This document shows positions 30,443-38,981 of a stretch of 64,000 nucleotides of DNA, in pieces (positions within the stretch are counted from its first letter, which is position 1; each line of letters begins with the position of its first letter). The translations under genes and the position numbers were made by a program. The notes under the pieces are model-generated. The model worked only from the letters and a program-made list of their open reading frames with translations. It made no database searches and had not been told where the DNA came from. The DNA comes from a virus (lineage: Duplodnaviria > Caudoviricetes), in the IMG/VR virus record IMGVR_UViG_3300032248_000400, positions 9,599 to 73,598 of that record. One strand, given 5' to 3'.

Positions 30443-31165
30443 ATGGGAAAATTATTCACATTATTAAGTTTCTTTTTGTTAAGCGTTGTTGCCGCTAATT
30501 CGCAAACAATAGGAAGCACTAAAACAGAACAATACAAAGCATCATTTGAAACAGCAATTGATATTTCTCAATTTTTAGATTATGATGGACCACAAATTCC
30601 AATTCAAATATTAAAGTGTGGTATATCTGATGAGATGTATGAAATGTATCCTGAACTTAAAGAAAAAAGAGTAGGATTGGGTGTTGCTAACATATCAATG
30701 GAGTATTTGGAAAACCTTAATCGTTTCAAATTTACCGAAGATAAAACAGAAATTAAGAATAGGATGGTTAAACAATTCCAAGCATCTCAAGCTGGTATTT
30801 CTGAAAACAAATTAGATGGTAGGGGAAAGATTAACTTAGCAAAATACTTTGTAACGATTGAGTGTTATGATTATTCCGTATCAGAAGATGAGACAGTAAA
30901 TTTGAAAGATGGTATTAAAAATCTAATGGTGACTCGTATTGGTTTACAAGTTCGTTTTACTGATGCAGAAACAGGCGTAGTATTTGGAGCAAGTGGATTG
31001 GGTGAAGCTAAAACTACAAGAGAGTTAACCTTATTATCAGATGCAACTGTGGATCCAGTTAAGTTCAATCAATCAACTATCTCTATTGCAACTAAAAAAG
31101 CATTGGATATAGCATGTGCAAGGATTTTGGATAGAATGATTAAAAAACAAATATTTACAAAATAA
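30443..31165 (+). CDS. CsgG/curli-assembly-like secreted protein
   Basis: Signal peptide; GLGVANISMEYLENLNRFKFTE, IGLQVRFTDAETGVV, ATKKALD. Confidence 0.65.
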   Translation: MGKLFTLLSFFLLSVVAANSQTIGSTKTEQYKASFETAIDISQFLDYDGPQIPIQILKCGISDEMYEMYPELKEKRVGLGVANISMEYLENLNRFKFTEDKTEIKNRMVKQFQASQAGISENKLDGRGKINLAKYFVTIECYDYSVSEDETVNLKDGIKNLMVTRIGLQVRFTDAETGVVFGASGLGEAKTTRELTLLSDATVDPVKFNQSTISIATKKALDIACARILDRMIKKQIFTK

Positions 31166-31289
31166 CAAACTATGGGTAGCGCACCAAAAAAACCAAGACC
31201 AATGAAATCTAGACGTAATGGATTAAAACATCGTGATAGAATTAATAAGAACAATGAAGTAATAAAAAAACTAAGTAAAAGTTAAATCT

Positions 31290-31595
31290 ATGAAAAATTT
31301 TTTAATTTTATTTATTCTTGCATTTATGGGATGTACGACTACACAATATGTAATGGTAGACCCGAAAGATTCTACTAAACTTGTTGAAGTTCATAAAAGA
31401 ATAATTTATGATGATATGTATTTTAGTTCACCATTTTATTATAATTATGACTGGTATAATAGGAACTATTATTATCAACGACCAATGATTGTTCCAAATT
31501 ATAGACCTATAATAATTCATACACCCGATAGAGGACAACCGCATCATAGAGAAGGGAGTGCACCAATTAGAACATTTCCGAAAAGAAAAGATTAA
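31290..31595 (+). CDS. Lipoprotein, Tyr/Pro/Arg-rich
   Basis: FMGC lipobox. Confidence 0.6.
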   Translation: MKNFLILFILAFMGCTTTQYVMVDPKDSTKLVEVHKRIIYDDMYFSSPFYYNYDWYNRNYYYQRPMIVPNYRPIIIHTPDRGQPHHREGSAPIRTFPKRKD

Positions 31596-31600
31596 TACAA

Positions 31601-32980
31601 ATGAAAAGATACATACTCTGTTTGTTTGTATTAATTATTTGTGCATTAACTCAAAAAGTAAATGGACAAACGTATTCGCAAACATTCATAGATAAGTGTA
31701 CAGGCGAAACCAAAATAGCAACTACCACATATATAAATGGTAATGCTTATGTATCTTTCTATAATCAATCAAAAGTATTCACGCCACTTGAAGTTCAAAG
31801 TGGAGTATTGCAAGCATGGTTACTTGCAACAAAATCATCATACGAAGCATTAACTTGTCCCGTTACAAACAATCCTATTGTTCAACAAACGGTAACACAG
31901 GCGGTAACACAAGCTACATCACAGGCTGCATCAACTGCAGCAACTACTGCAGCAACTGCCGCTGCAAGTGCAGCATCTTCATCCGCATCTGCAGCAGCAA
32001 GTAGTTCAGCATCCACTGCCGCTTCATCGGTAGTCGCCCCACCACAAACAAATGTAGCACCTACGGCGGCACCACCACCTGCAAGTGGTAGTAGTTCTAC
32101 ACCACCTGCACAGAGTGGTAGTTCATCATCTTCATCCAGTAGTTCATCTTCATCATCTGAAAGTAAAACTGAAAGTAGTTCAACATCATCCGAGTCAAAG
32201 AGCGAGAGTAAATCGGAAAGCAAAACGGAAGAGAAAAAAGAAGAATCTAAATCTGAAAGTAAAGAAGAAAAAAAAGAAGAGAAGAAAACGGAATCTAAAA
32301 AAGAAGAAAAGAAGAAATCACAAAATATAAACCCAACATTATTAGCATCCGATTTAACAACGGCACAAAACCCTGATAAGAGATTTAATGTTATGTTATC
32401 AGTTGGGGTATCACATTCATCTATGGCAGGTGACAAATCATACTCTCTGAATGGTATAATTTGGAGTTCACTAAATCAATTTGCATTATCATCTGGCTAT
32501 ACTAAAATGGAATTTGAAGATGGTAAGTTAAATGCTATACACTCATACGGAGTTACTGCCGCATACCTAATTGGAAACTACATGAATATGGTATCATATA
32601 CTTACATAAAACCTGATCCAAAATATGGTACGTATGGTTGTAATGTTGGAGTGATAGGTTTACTTTTAAAAAATCAAAAAGGTGGATTTGATTTCAATGT
32701 GGTATCATCCGCTGTAGGATTTTGGACAAAGCAGTACCCTGTAAATAGGAAATTAGTTTTATCACCGCAAATATTTACAATGGTATCACCATTATCTTAT
32801 AATTCAAATGCAAATAATAGTACAAAAAATTCAAACGCAGGATTTCTAATTGGGTCATCTTTTGATTATAAATTAAGTAAGAGATTTGGTTTCAGTTTTA
32901 ATTACAAAGCAAATATGAATACACAGCCTGGCTCACCTATATTACATAATTTTTTAATAGGTAGTAGAGTTATTTTATAA
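31601..32980 (+). CDS. Secreted protein with a long Ala/Ser/Glu/Lys-rich linker and a C-terminal beta-barrel-like domain
   Basis: Signal peptide, low-complexity region at ~31900-32330, amphipathic strands ending FLIGSRVIL. Confidence 0.6.
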   Translation: MKRYILCLFVLIICALTQKVNGQTYSQTFIDKCTGETKIATTTYINGNAYVSFYNQSKVFTPLEVQSGVLQAWLLATKSSYEALTCPVTNNPIVQQTVTQAVTQATSQAASTAATTAATAAASAASSSASAAASSSASTAASSVVAPPQTNVAPTAAPPPASGSSSTPPAQSGSSSSSSSSSSSSSESKTESSSTSSESKSESKSESKTEEKKEESKSESKEEKKEEKKTESKKEEKKKSQNINPTLLASDLTTAQNPDKRFNVMLSVGVSHSSMAGDKSYSLNGIIWSSLNQFALSSGYTKMEFEDGKLNAIHSYGVTAAYLIGNYMNMVSYTYIKPDPKYGTYGCNVGVIGLLLKNQKGGFDFNVVSSAVGFWTKQYPVNRKLVLSPQIFTMVSPLSYNSNANNSTKNSNAGFLIGSSFDYKLSKRFGFSFNYKANMNTQPGSPILHNFLIGSRVIL

Positions 32981-33265
32981 TCGTATATTTATTCAAAAGT
33001 TATTCATTATTAACGAAATAAATCATTAATGAAAGAGGGTGAGGAACGGATTAAAAAAACTCCACGAAAGGAGAATGGAATACTCAAAAAACTTATTGCT
33101 GATGTTAGCAATGTTTTTCAATCCATTCGGGTTCGATGCACTTTTCAAATTAACGATGGATTTGACAGGTTCTTATTGGATTACGGACGTAATATTTTAT
33201 TGCGTTTCGGGTCTCTTATTTGGTTCATATTTATTATTATCAAATTATCAAAATAAAAAAACTCA

Positions 33266-33868
33266 ATGAAAAAAATAGTTGTTCTTATATCTTTACTTTT
33301 AATTTCAATTTTTGTATGTTCACAAGATACAATTCGAGTAAAAAATAAAGTATTTGAAGTTTTATATTCACAAAACTTAGAACAACCACTTTGGATAAAA
33401 TACCATTCAACAAATAGACCTACAAATGTTAATAGGGGAGCAATGGATTTTTATAAAGAACCTAATATCAAAACATCAGATGCAGATGATTATAAAGCAA
33501 ATGTATACGATAAAGGACATGGTGCACCCGCTGCTTCATTCTCTGATAATATGGTAAACCTAAAACAAACATTCTCTTATCTGAATTGTATATTACAAAA
33601 TCAATATCTTAATAGAGGTGAATGGAGATTGTTAGAAGAGCAAGAAAGAAGATGGGATGATTTAGAAAATCTGACAGTAATAATTAAAGTATTCTTTGAT
33701 GAATCTGTTAAAAGATTACCAACAAACGTAGCAATACCTTCTTATTTAGAAAAACACATATATTTTGAAAAATCTAAACAATGGAAATGTTTTGTATTTT
33801 TAAATCAAAAACCTGAATACCATTGGCAGCAATTAGAACTGACATGTGAACCAAACGCTCACAAATAA
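33266..33868 (+). CDS. DNA/RNA non-specific endonuclease (NucA-like)
   Basis: YDKGHGAP, TFSYLN, LNRGEWRLLE. Confidence 0.88.
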   Translation: MKKIVVLISLLLISIFVCSQDTIRVKNKVFEVLYSQNLEQPLWIKYHSTNRPTNVNRGAMDFYKEPNIKTSDADDYKANVYDKGHGAPAASFSDNMVNLKQTFSYLNCILQNQYLNRGEWRLLEEQERRWDDLENLTVIIKVFFDESVKRLPTNVAIPSYLEKHIYFEKSKQWKCFVFLNQKPEYHWQQLELTCEPNAHK

Positions 33869-34323
33869 TGTTTAGACCTAATCATTTACACTTATTAGTT
33901 AAGGGTTATTTAAAAACCCCACCTAAAACAGAAAAGATTCTTAATATCTTTTTTACACAATTAGTTAGTAATGTCGGAATGAAAGTAGTAGCCGGGCCTA
34001 CATCGGTTTATGTGAATGAGCCGGGTAATGAAGGTATAACGGGAACTGTCACCTTAGCTACATCGCACGCATCAATTCACGTATGGGATGCAGAGAAGCC
34101 AGCAATGTTTCAGTTCGACCTGTATAGTTGTTCAGAGTTTACACCATCGCAAGTTCTAAATGAAATTGATTATTGGTTTGGACTTGATTCAGCAAATTGG
34201 GTAATGATTGATAGAAACCATAGCAAATTCTTTGAACTATCACATGGTGAATGGAAACAAAAAGGGGCTGGGGATAAAACAGTCGTTAAAGAAGGAAAAT
34301 TTTTTGATAGTAATGAGCGATAA
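33868..34323 (+). CDS. Pyruvoyl-dependent S-adenosylmethionine decarboxylase family (SpeD/SpeH-like)
   Basis: GITGTVTLATSHASIHVW...FDLYSC; canonical ESH reads TSH. Confidence 0.8.
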   Translation: MFRPNHLHLLVKGYLKTPPKTEKILNIFFTQLVSNVGMKVVAGPTSVYVNEPGNEGITGTVTLATSHASIHVWDAEKPAMFQFDLYSCSEFTPSQVLNEIDYWFGLDSANWVMIDRNHSKFFELSHGEWKQKGAGDKTVVKEGKFFDSNER

Positions 34324-34415
34324 CAGCATAAATAACATCTGCCCACTATGCGCCAAGCTCCTCTCAGGAGACGGGATATGTTGGCCATGCACTTTAGAAC
34401 GAAATACCTAAACCT

Positions 34416-34928
34416 ATGAGAGCCATAAAATTAGTAAGCCAAACCGAAGAAACCGAATTGATGATACGATTGGGTAACGAATTGAGTACCGCCGGATTCA
34501 ATGCCGATACGGCGTGTATTATAACTGTTTCTACGGATTATAGTTCCGTGGTAGGTCAATACCTTCGGCACCGATTATCGAGCGGTGGTGAGGTTTGTGA
34601 GGGGTTTGGAGTGGATGTTCCATACCCTGATGAGAATTGGGATGATACGTATCAAACCGGATTGGCACGTGCATTCACCAACAACATGTCCATACTGAGA
34701 AAGCGGACCCCAATACTGGTTGAAGCCGGTGTGATTAGGGGTGGTAACTACGAATGGATTACAAATTGGATGCGAAAATATTTGGCATTTGATAAAAAAA
34801 TTATTACATTAGCACTATATGAAAACCTACACTCTCGGTTTAAATCGGATTTTGTAGGCGAATACTATGATAACGAAACCGAAGATTTAACTTTTTGGTG
34901 GGAACGAGAAAACCGGCATTGGAAATAA
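34416..34928 (+). CDS. Phosphoribosyltransferase-like protein
   Basis: Degenerate PRPP loop ILVEAGVIRGGNY; C-terminal DFVG...FWWE. Confidence 0.5.
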   Translation: MRAIKLVSQTEETELMIRLGNELSTAGFNADTACIITVSTDYSSVVGQYLRHRLSSGGEVCEGFGVDVPYPDENWDDTYQTGLARAFTNNMSILRKRTPILVEAGVIRGGNYEWITNWMRKYLAFDKKIITLALYENLHSRFKSDFVGEYYDNETEDLTFWWERENRHWK

Positions 34929-35142
34929 AAACAAAAGAATGAAGATTAAGAATTGGGAGAAATTTGTAACAACAGATGAAGAACCCCCAAAATTCCAAAA
35001 GAAAAAACCCAAATCAAAGCGTATGTTGGGTGAAGAATGGATAAAATCGGGTAAAAAACCGGTTGAAAAGAGGCGTTTGAGGCCTGAATAGGGTTAGTGT
35101 GTAATTGCCTAATTCGTTGAAAACCAATGATATAAAAATTTA

Positions 35143-35211
35143 TTTGGCGGATTGAAATATTTATGGTATATTTGTATTCATCCGTTAAATAATCGGATTA
35201 GTTCTTTAAAA
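35143..35211 (+). promoter_or_regulatory. tmRNA promoter with hairpin and boxA-like element
   Basis: TTTG 35143-N20-TATATTTG 35167; hairpin ATCCG...CGGAT; GTTCTTTAAAA 35201-35211. Confidence 0.7.
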
Positions 35212-35214
35212 TAT

Positions 35215-35626
35215 GGGGATGTTTGGAATCGATTGCTATGCAAAAGATAGTACCACATGCAGAGATATCGTATTAGTTCTCTTTAAATCTATACGAAACA
35301 ATAACTGACGCTAAGTCAACAATGACCTTCGATGACCTTATGGCATTCGTAGGTGCGGATTACGCTGTAGCAGCCTAGTCCAACTCGGGTGAGTAACCTA
35401 GGAACAGAACTACTCTGAGCGTTCACGATCGACTCATTAAATAAAGATAGTGGAAATGGTTTTCTTTGTTTCATAAAACAAAGTGGTGGACTCGGCCCAT
35501 AAAACGGTCAACCCTATACGGTGCAGACCATTTCGTTGGTATCAACAAAATGGCCAGTACTAAGCATGTGAATCTCTGGTATTATAGTTTCTTAGTAAGA
35601 CGCGAGTTCGAATCTCGCCATCTCCA
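35215..35626 (+). ncRNA. ssrA: tmRNA, tag (A)DAKSTMTFDDLMAFVGADYAVAA
   Basis: Acceptor stem GGGGAUG/CAUCUCC with G3:U wobble and discriminator A; T-arm GCGAG-TTCGAAT-CTCGC; tag ORF 35307-35378 after ATAACT. Confidence 0.93.
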
Positions 35627-35729
35627 CGAATATTATTTAAGTATGGTAATCCTACTAACACAACTAGCGGACTTGAATAATAAATAAAAAAAGATTTGGT
35701 GAATTGAAAAATTTATCCTATCTTACATT

Positions 35730-35811
35730 TAAGATGGTTGATTGAAGCCAACAACTAATAAAACCGATTGTGTGACCCCGTAAGGAATAAAGCCGGATAT
35801 CGAACATCTTA
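35730..35811 (+). ncRNA. Candidate small structured RNA 1
   Basis: Own promoter (TTTG 35695-N20-TATCTTAC); closed by TAAGATG/CATCTTA; internal GTTG/CAAC and CC-GTAA-GG hairpins. Confidence 0.5.
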
Positions 35812-35852
35812 AAAAAAGATTTGGTAGATTGAAAAAAATATCTTATCTTTAT

Positions 35853-35910
35853 AAAGATTCAGAAATAAAGTAGTTGATTGGTTCGCCAGAAAACAAAATT
35901 GAGAATCTTT
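35853..35910 (+). ncRNA. Candidate small structured RNA 2
   Basis: Own promoter (TTTG 35820-N20-TATCTTTA); closed by AAAGATTC/GAATCTTT; shares GTTGATTG with RNA 1. Confidence 0.4.
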
Positions 35911-35979
35911 AAAAATAAATTTGGTAGATTGAAAAAGATTTCGTATCTTTAATTCTAACAAAGAAGTTCTTTAACATAA

Positions 35980-36858
35980 TGAATAATTTACATAGTGAGT
36001 TCGTCTCACATAGTAAATAACCGCCGCCTATGGTGGTTAAATAAACTACGAAAGTAGGATAAAGTGAGTGTATTGGTTTAATACATTTGCGGCTACTCTC
36101 CCCGTAAGGAGAGATTAGCTTGAGTAGGCAAGTGGGGTATCACTTGGGCTTTGTACGAAAGGGTAACACTATATCGGAAGAGTTTGAGTGACCGGGGTAA
36201 GTAGATACTTCGGTTGAGTTCGGAAGAACAATAAGAATAACCCATAGAATTTATGTAAGAAATCAGAACTTAATCCCTTCTGACTATTGCGTGATTCAAT
36301 ATTAGAGTGGTCTTAACATCAAGCTATCCGAAAGGACGTAAGATAAGACTGTGTACAGGTGGTGCTGTTACTATCCTTTTATAAAGTGTACCAACGCTTA
36401 TAAATGAAGATGACTCAAAATATGGTGATAGGGATATCACATCGGGTAGTTTAGTATTTCGTTTTTCAAAAGAAAACGGAGCTTGGGGCAAACCACTATC
36501 TGAATCCATCTACAAACCACAAACTTTTATCAAATGGAATTTGATTATTCAATAACAATAAAAGCATAAGTGTTTGCCAGTTACGGACGAAAGGTGTGTA
36601 CATAGTAGGGAGTTGTTCTCTGCCACGATACCTCCGCAAGAGGTCTGTGATTCTATCTAAAAGTTTCTAATTCCGCAAGAACTAATCAGGCTGCGAGGCT
36701 TGAGGAAATGGAGTAAATAGAGAGTAAGACGTAACTCAAAGACTGATAGTCTCAAATCATCCACATTGTATCGGTACTACTCAAAAGGTAGTGGATAAGA
36801 AAGGAAACAAATAATCTTTCTAAAGTTGGTACACCTGAAGAGGTAATCTCACTCTTTT
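35980..36858 (+). ncRNA. Large ornate structured RNA, GOLLD-like (boundaries approximate)
   Basis: ~880 nt with no credible ORF; own promoter and boxA; several GNRA-capped hairpins; perfect 10-bp long-range helix 36386-36395/36825-36834; abuts a tRNA. Confidence 0.7.
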
Positions 36859-36862
36859 ATTA

Positions 36863-36933
36863 GCGGAATTAGTGTAACGGTAGCACACTTACCTTCCAGG
36901 TGAGAGGATGGAGTTCAATTCTCTGGTCCCGCT
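36863..36933 (+). tRNA. tRNA-Gly(TCC)
   Basis: Cloverleaf with CT-TCC-AG loop, TTCAATT T-loop, discriminator U; one acceptor mismatch; CCA not encoded. Confidence 0.85.
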
Positions 36934-36949
36934 CTATATGATATAAGTT

Positions 36950-37618
36950 ATGAGTGATTTGAATTTTAATTGGGTAAAGGAAAACTTTGAAACTCAAGAA
37001 AATTTTGTATTTTTTGATATTGGTTGTGCTATTTTAAAACATTCATCAACATCAGAGATGCAAAAAATTTTACCAAATGGTAAATATTACGCATTTGAAG
37101 CAGCAAATCATTGGAACGATATTAATGGTGAATGTGATAATAAAGAATATGCAAAAGAAGCAGGAATAAATTATTATCATTGCGCAGTATCTGATATTGA
37201 TGGTGAAATTGATTTAATACCATCTCTTACAGAAAACGGCCAACGACATCCGTGGTCAAGTAGTATTTTTAAAATGAATGATGCTACATCTACAAAAATA
37301 TATGGTAATCCCTACTCTGTCAAATCAATTCGTTTGGAAACTTTTTGTAAAGAAAATAATGTAACTCCTGATTTTATTCATATAGATGTAGAAGGTGCTG
37401 AACTAAAAGTTTTTAAAAATATTGGCCAATATAAACCAAAATTTATATGGGCAGAAACATGTACGTTTCAACATTATGATACAAAAATTACTACCAAAGA
37501 ATTTCACAAATATATGGAAAGTATTGGATATCATATAATTAGTTATTCAAATGGAAATGATACTCTATATGGCTTAGATGGATTTAAAACAACACCATAC
37601 TGCAGTAAATTTTTATAA
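36950..37618 (+). CDS. FkbM-family methyltransferase
   Basis: FFDIGC, YAFEA, DFIHIDVEGAELKVF. Confidence 0.88.
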   Translation: MSDLNFNWVKENFETQENFVFFDIGCAILKHSSTSEMQKILPNGKYYAFEAANHWNDINGECDNKEYAKEAGINYYHCAVSDIDGEIDLIPSLTENGQRHPWSSSIFKMNDATSTKIYGNPYSVKSIRLETFCKENNVTPDFIHIDVEGAELKVFKNIGQYKPKFIWAETCTFQHYDTKITTKEFHKYMESIGYHIISYSNGNDTLYGLDGFKTTPYCSKFL

Positions 37619-37626
37619 AATAGTTT

Positions 37627-37902
37627 ATGAAAGAATTTAAAGATTTAATATTTAAGACACGTTTTACAGGCGAAGGTATAATTTCCAGATTACAATTTGA
37701 TAATGGATACGGAGTATCGGTAGCAAAACACGATAGTTCCTATGGCGGAAAGCTAGGACTTTACGAATTAGCAGTATTGGATAGTTATGGTGAGTTACAT
37801 TACGATAACCCTGTTGCTAAAGGTGATGTTGTTGGATATTTACGTGAGGAAGATGTAACGGATGCAATGGCACTTATTCAGAAATTTGAACCATTGCAAT
37901 AA
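37627..37902 (+). CDS. Hypothetical phage protein
   Basis: FDNGYGVSV...SYG...LYELAVL. Confidence 0.6.
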   Translation: MKEFKDLIFKTRFTGEGIISRLQFDNGYGVSVAKHDSSYGGKLGLYELAVLDSYGELHYDNPVAKGDVVGYLREEDVTDAMALIQKFEPLQ

Positions 37903-37907
37903 ACTAT

Positions 37908-37994
37908 GCCCCGGTGGTGAAATTGGTAGACACGCAGGACTTAAAATCCTGTTCGCCGAAAAAGCGAGTGCGGGTTCAAGTCCCGCTTGGGGCA
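37908..37994 (+). tRNA. tRNA-Leu(TAA)
   Basis: GCCCCGG/TTGGGGC acceptor, CAGGA-CTTAAAA-TCCTG anticodon arm, long variable arm, GCGGG-TTCAAGT-CCCGC T-arm. Confidence 0.95.
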
Positions 37995-38000
37995 CAATAT

Positions 38001-38347
38001 ACTATCGTTCTTTGACATATAAGGAGACACACATTATGGAAACATTATCATTCATTTTAGGGATAGCGTTGGTGGTGGTTATTGCTCTTGCAATAGTTGC
38101 TGTTTATGCTTTCGTTAAGGTAGGAAAATTAGAAAACCAAATTAGAGATTTTGATAACAGAGAGCAAGGTATTTATCGAGCACTTAGTGATCAAGCTGAT
38201 TGGATAAGTAAACGAATTGATGAAACTGAACGTAATATCAACGACTTGGAAAAAGAAGTATTTTCTCAATTAGATTCACGTTTAGACAAATTAGAAAACA
38301 AATTAATTAATAACAAAAAATAAAAATTAAAGTCAAAGAACGATAGT
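38001..38347. repeat. Perfect 16-bp inverted repeat flanking one gene
   Basis: ACTATCGTTCTTTGAC 38001-38016 and GTCAAAGAACGATAGT 38332-38347. Confidence 0.85.
38036..38323 (+). CDS. TM plus coiled-coil protein
   Basis: AAGGAG upstream of ATG 38036; the track's 37862 start overlaps tRNA-Leu. Confidence 0.65.
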   Translation: METLSFILGIALVVVIALAIVAVYAFVKVGKLENQIRDFDNREQGIYRALSDQADWISKRIDETERNINDLEKEVFSQLDSRLDKLENKLINNKK

Positions 38348-38365
38348 TATATTAAATTATTTTTT

Positions 38366-38923
38366 ATGAGAGTAAATTGGAAAAAATTAATAATAGCAAT
38401 AATATTAACAATAATATTGGGTTGGTTAATGTACTTAATATATCAATCAAGAATAGATAAGCCATTTAACGTAGTAAATTTATCTTTTAAAAATAAAATA
38501 ATAAATGAGGAGTTTCCCGCTTATTATGATACCATATTGAGTGTTGGTTTAGATAATATCAACATAAGGGATATAACCATTGAATTACATCAAATATCAG
38601 AATCAACAAAAACAAAACTAGAAGGTGTTGAAATAAAAGCACATTTAAGATATTCGGATGGTATATACTATCTATTCGTTGATAAGTGGGGTAGAGATGA
38701 AACAATTACAATACTATCACATGAACTTATACACATTATGCAATATCATAGTGGTATTTTATATTATATGGATGGAATAGTGTTTTGGCAAAGTGCACCC
38801 AATTTAATTCACTACGAAGAATATGATTTAAATAATACAGACTATGTTAGCAGACCATGGGAAGATGATGCTTTCAAAAAGCAAAACGATATGGAACGTA
38901 GTATAACGGATATATTATATTAA
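38366..38923 (+). CDS. Membrane-anchored HExxH metallopeptidase-like protein
   Basis: N-terminal TM helix, LSHELIHIMQY, PWEDDA. Confidence 0.65.
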   Translation: MRVNWKKLIIAIILTIILGWLMYLIYQSRIDKPFNVVNLSFKNKIINEEFPAYYDTILSVGLDNINIRDITIELHQISESTKTKLEGVEIKAHLRYSDGIYYLFVDKWGRDETITILSHELIHIMQYHSGILYYMDGIVFWQSAPNLIHYEEYDLNNTDYVSRPWEDDAFKKQNDMERSITDILY

Positions 38924-38981
38924 AATATGGGCATTAGTGGATATGCCAAAAAGAAAAATAGATGTTTTTCATCCACTTATC

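Noticed and set aside
31900-32330. Tandem-repeat locus or contingency repeat
   Set aside because: This is low-complexity Ala/Ser/Glu/Lys coding sequence with varied codons, not an exact unit repeat.
35730-35910. Self-cleaving ribozyme
   Set aside because: I could not find the hammerhead (CUGANGA/GAAA), pistol or twister core motifs by eye. An Infernal search would settle it.
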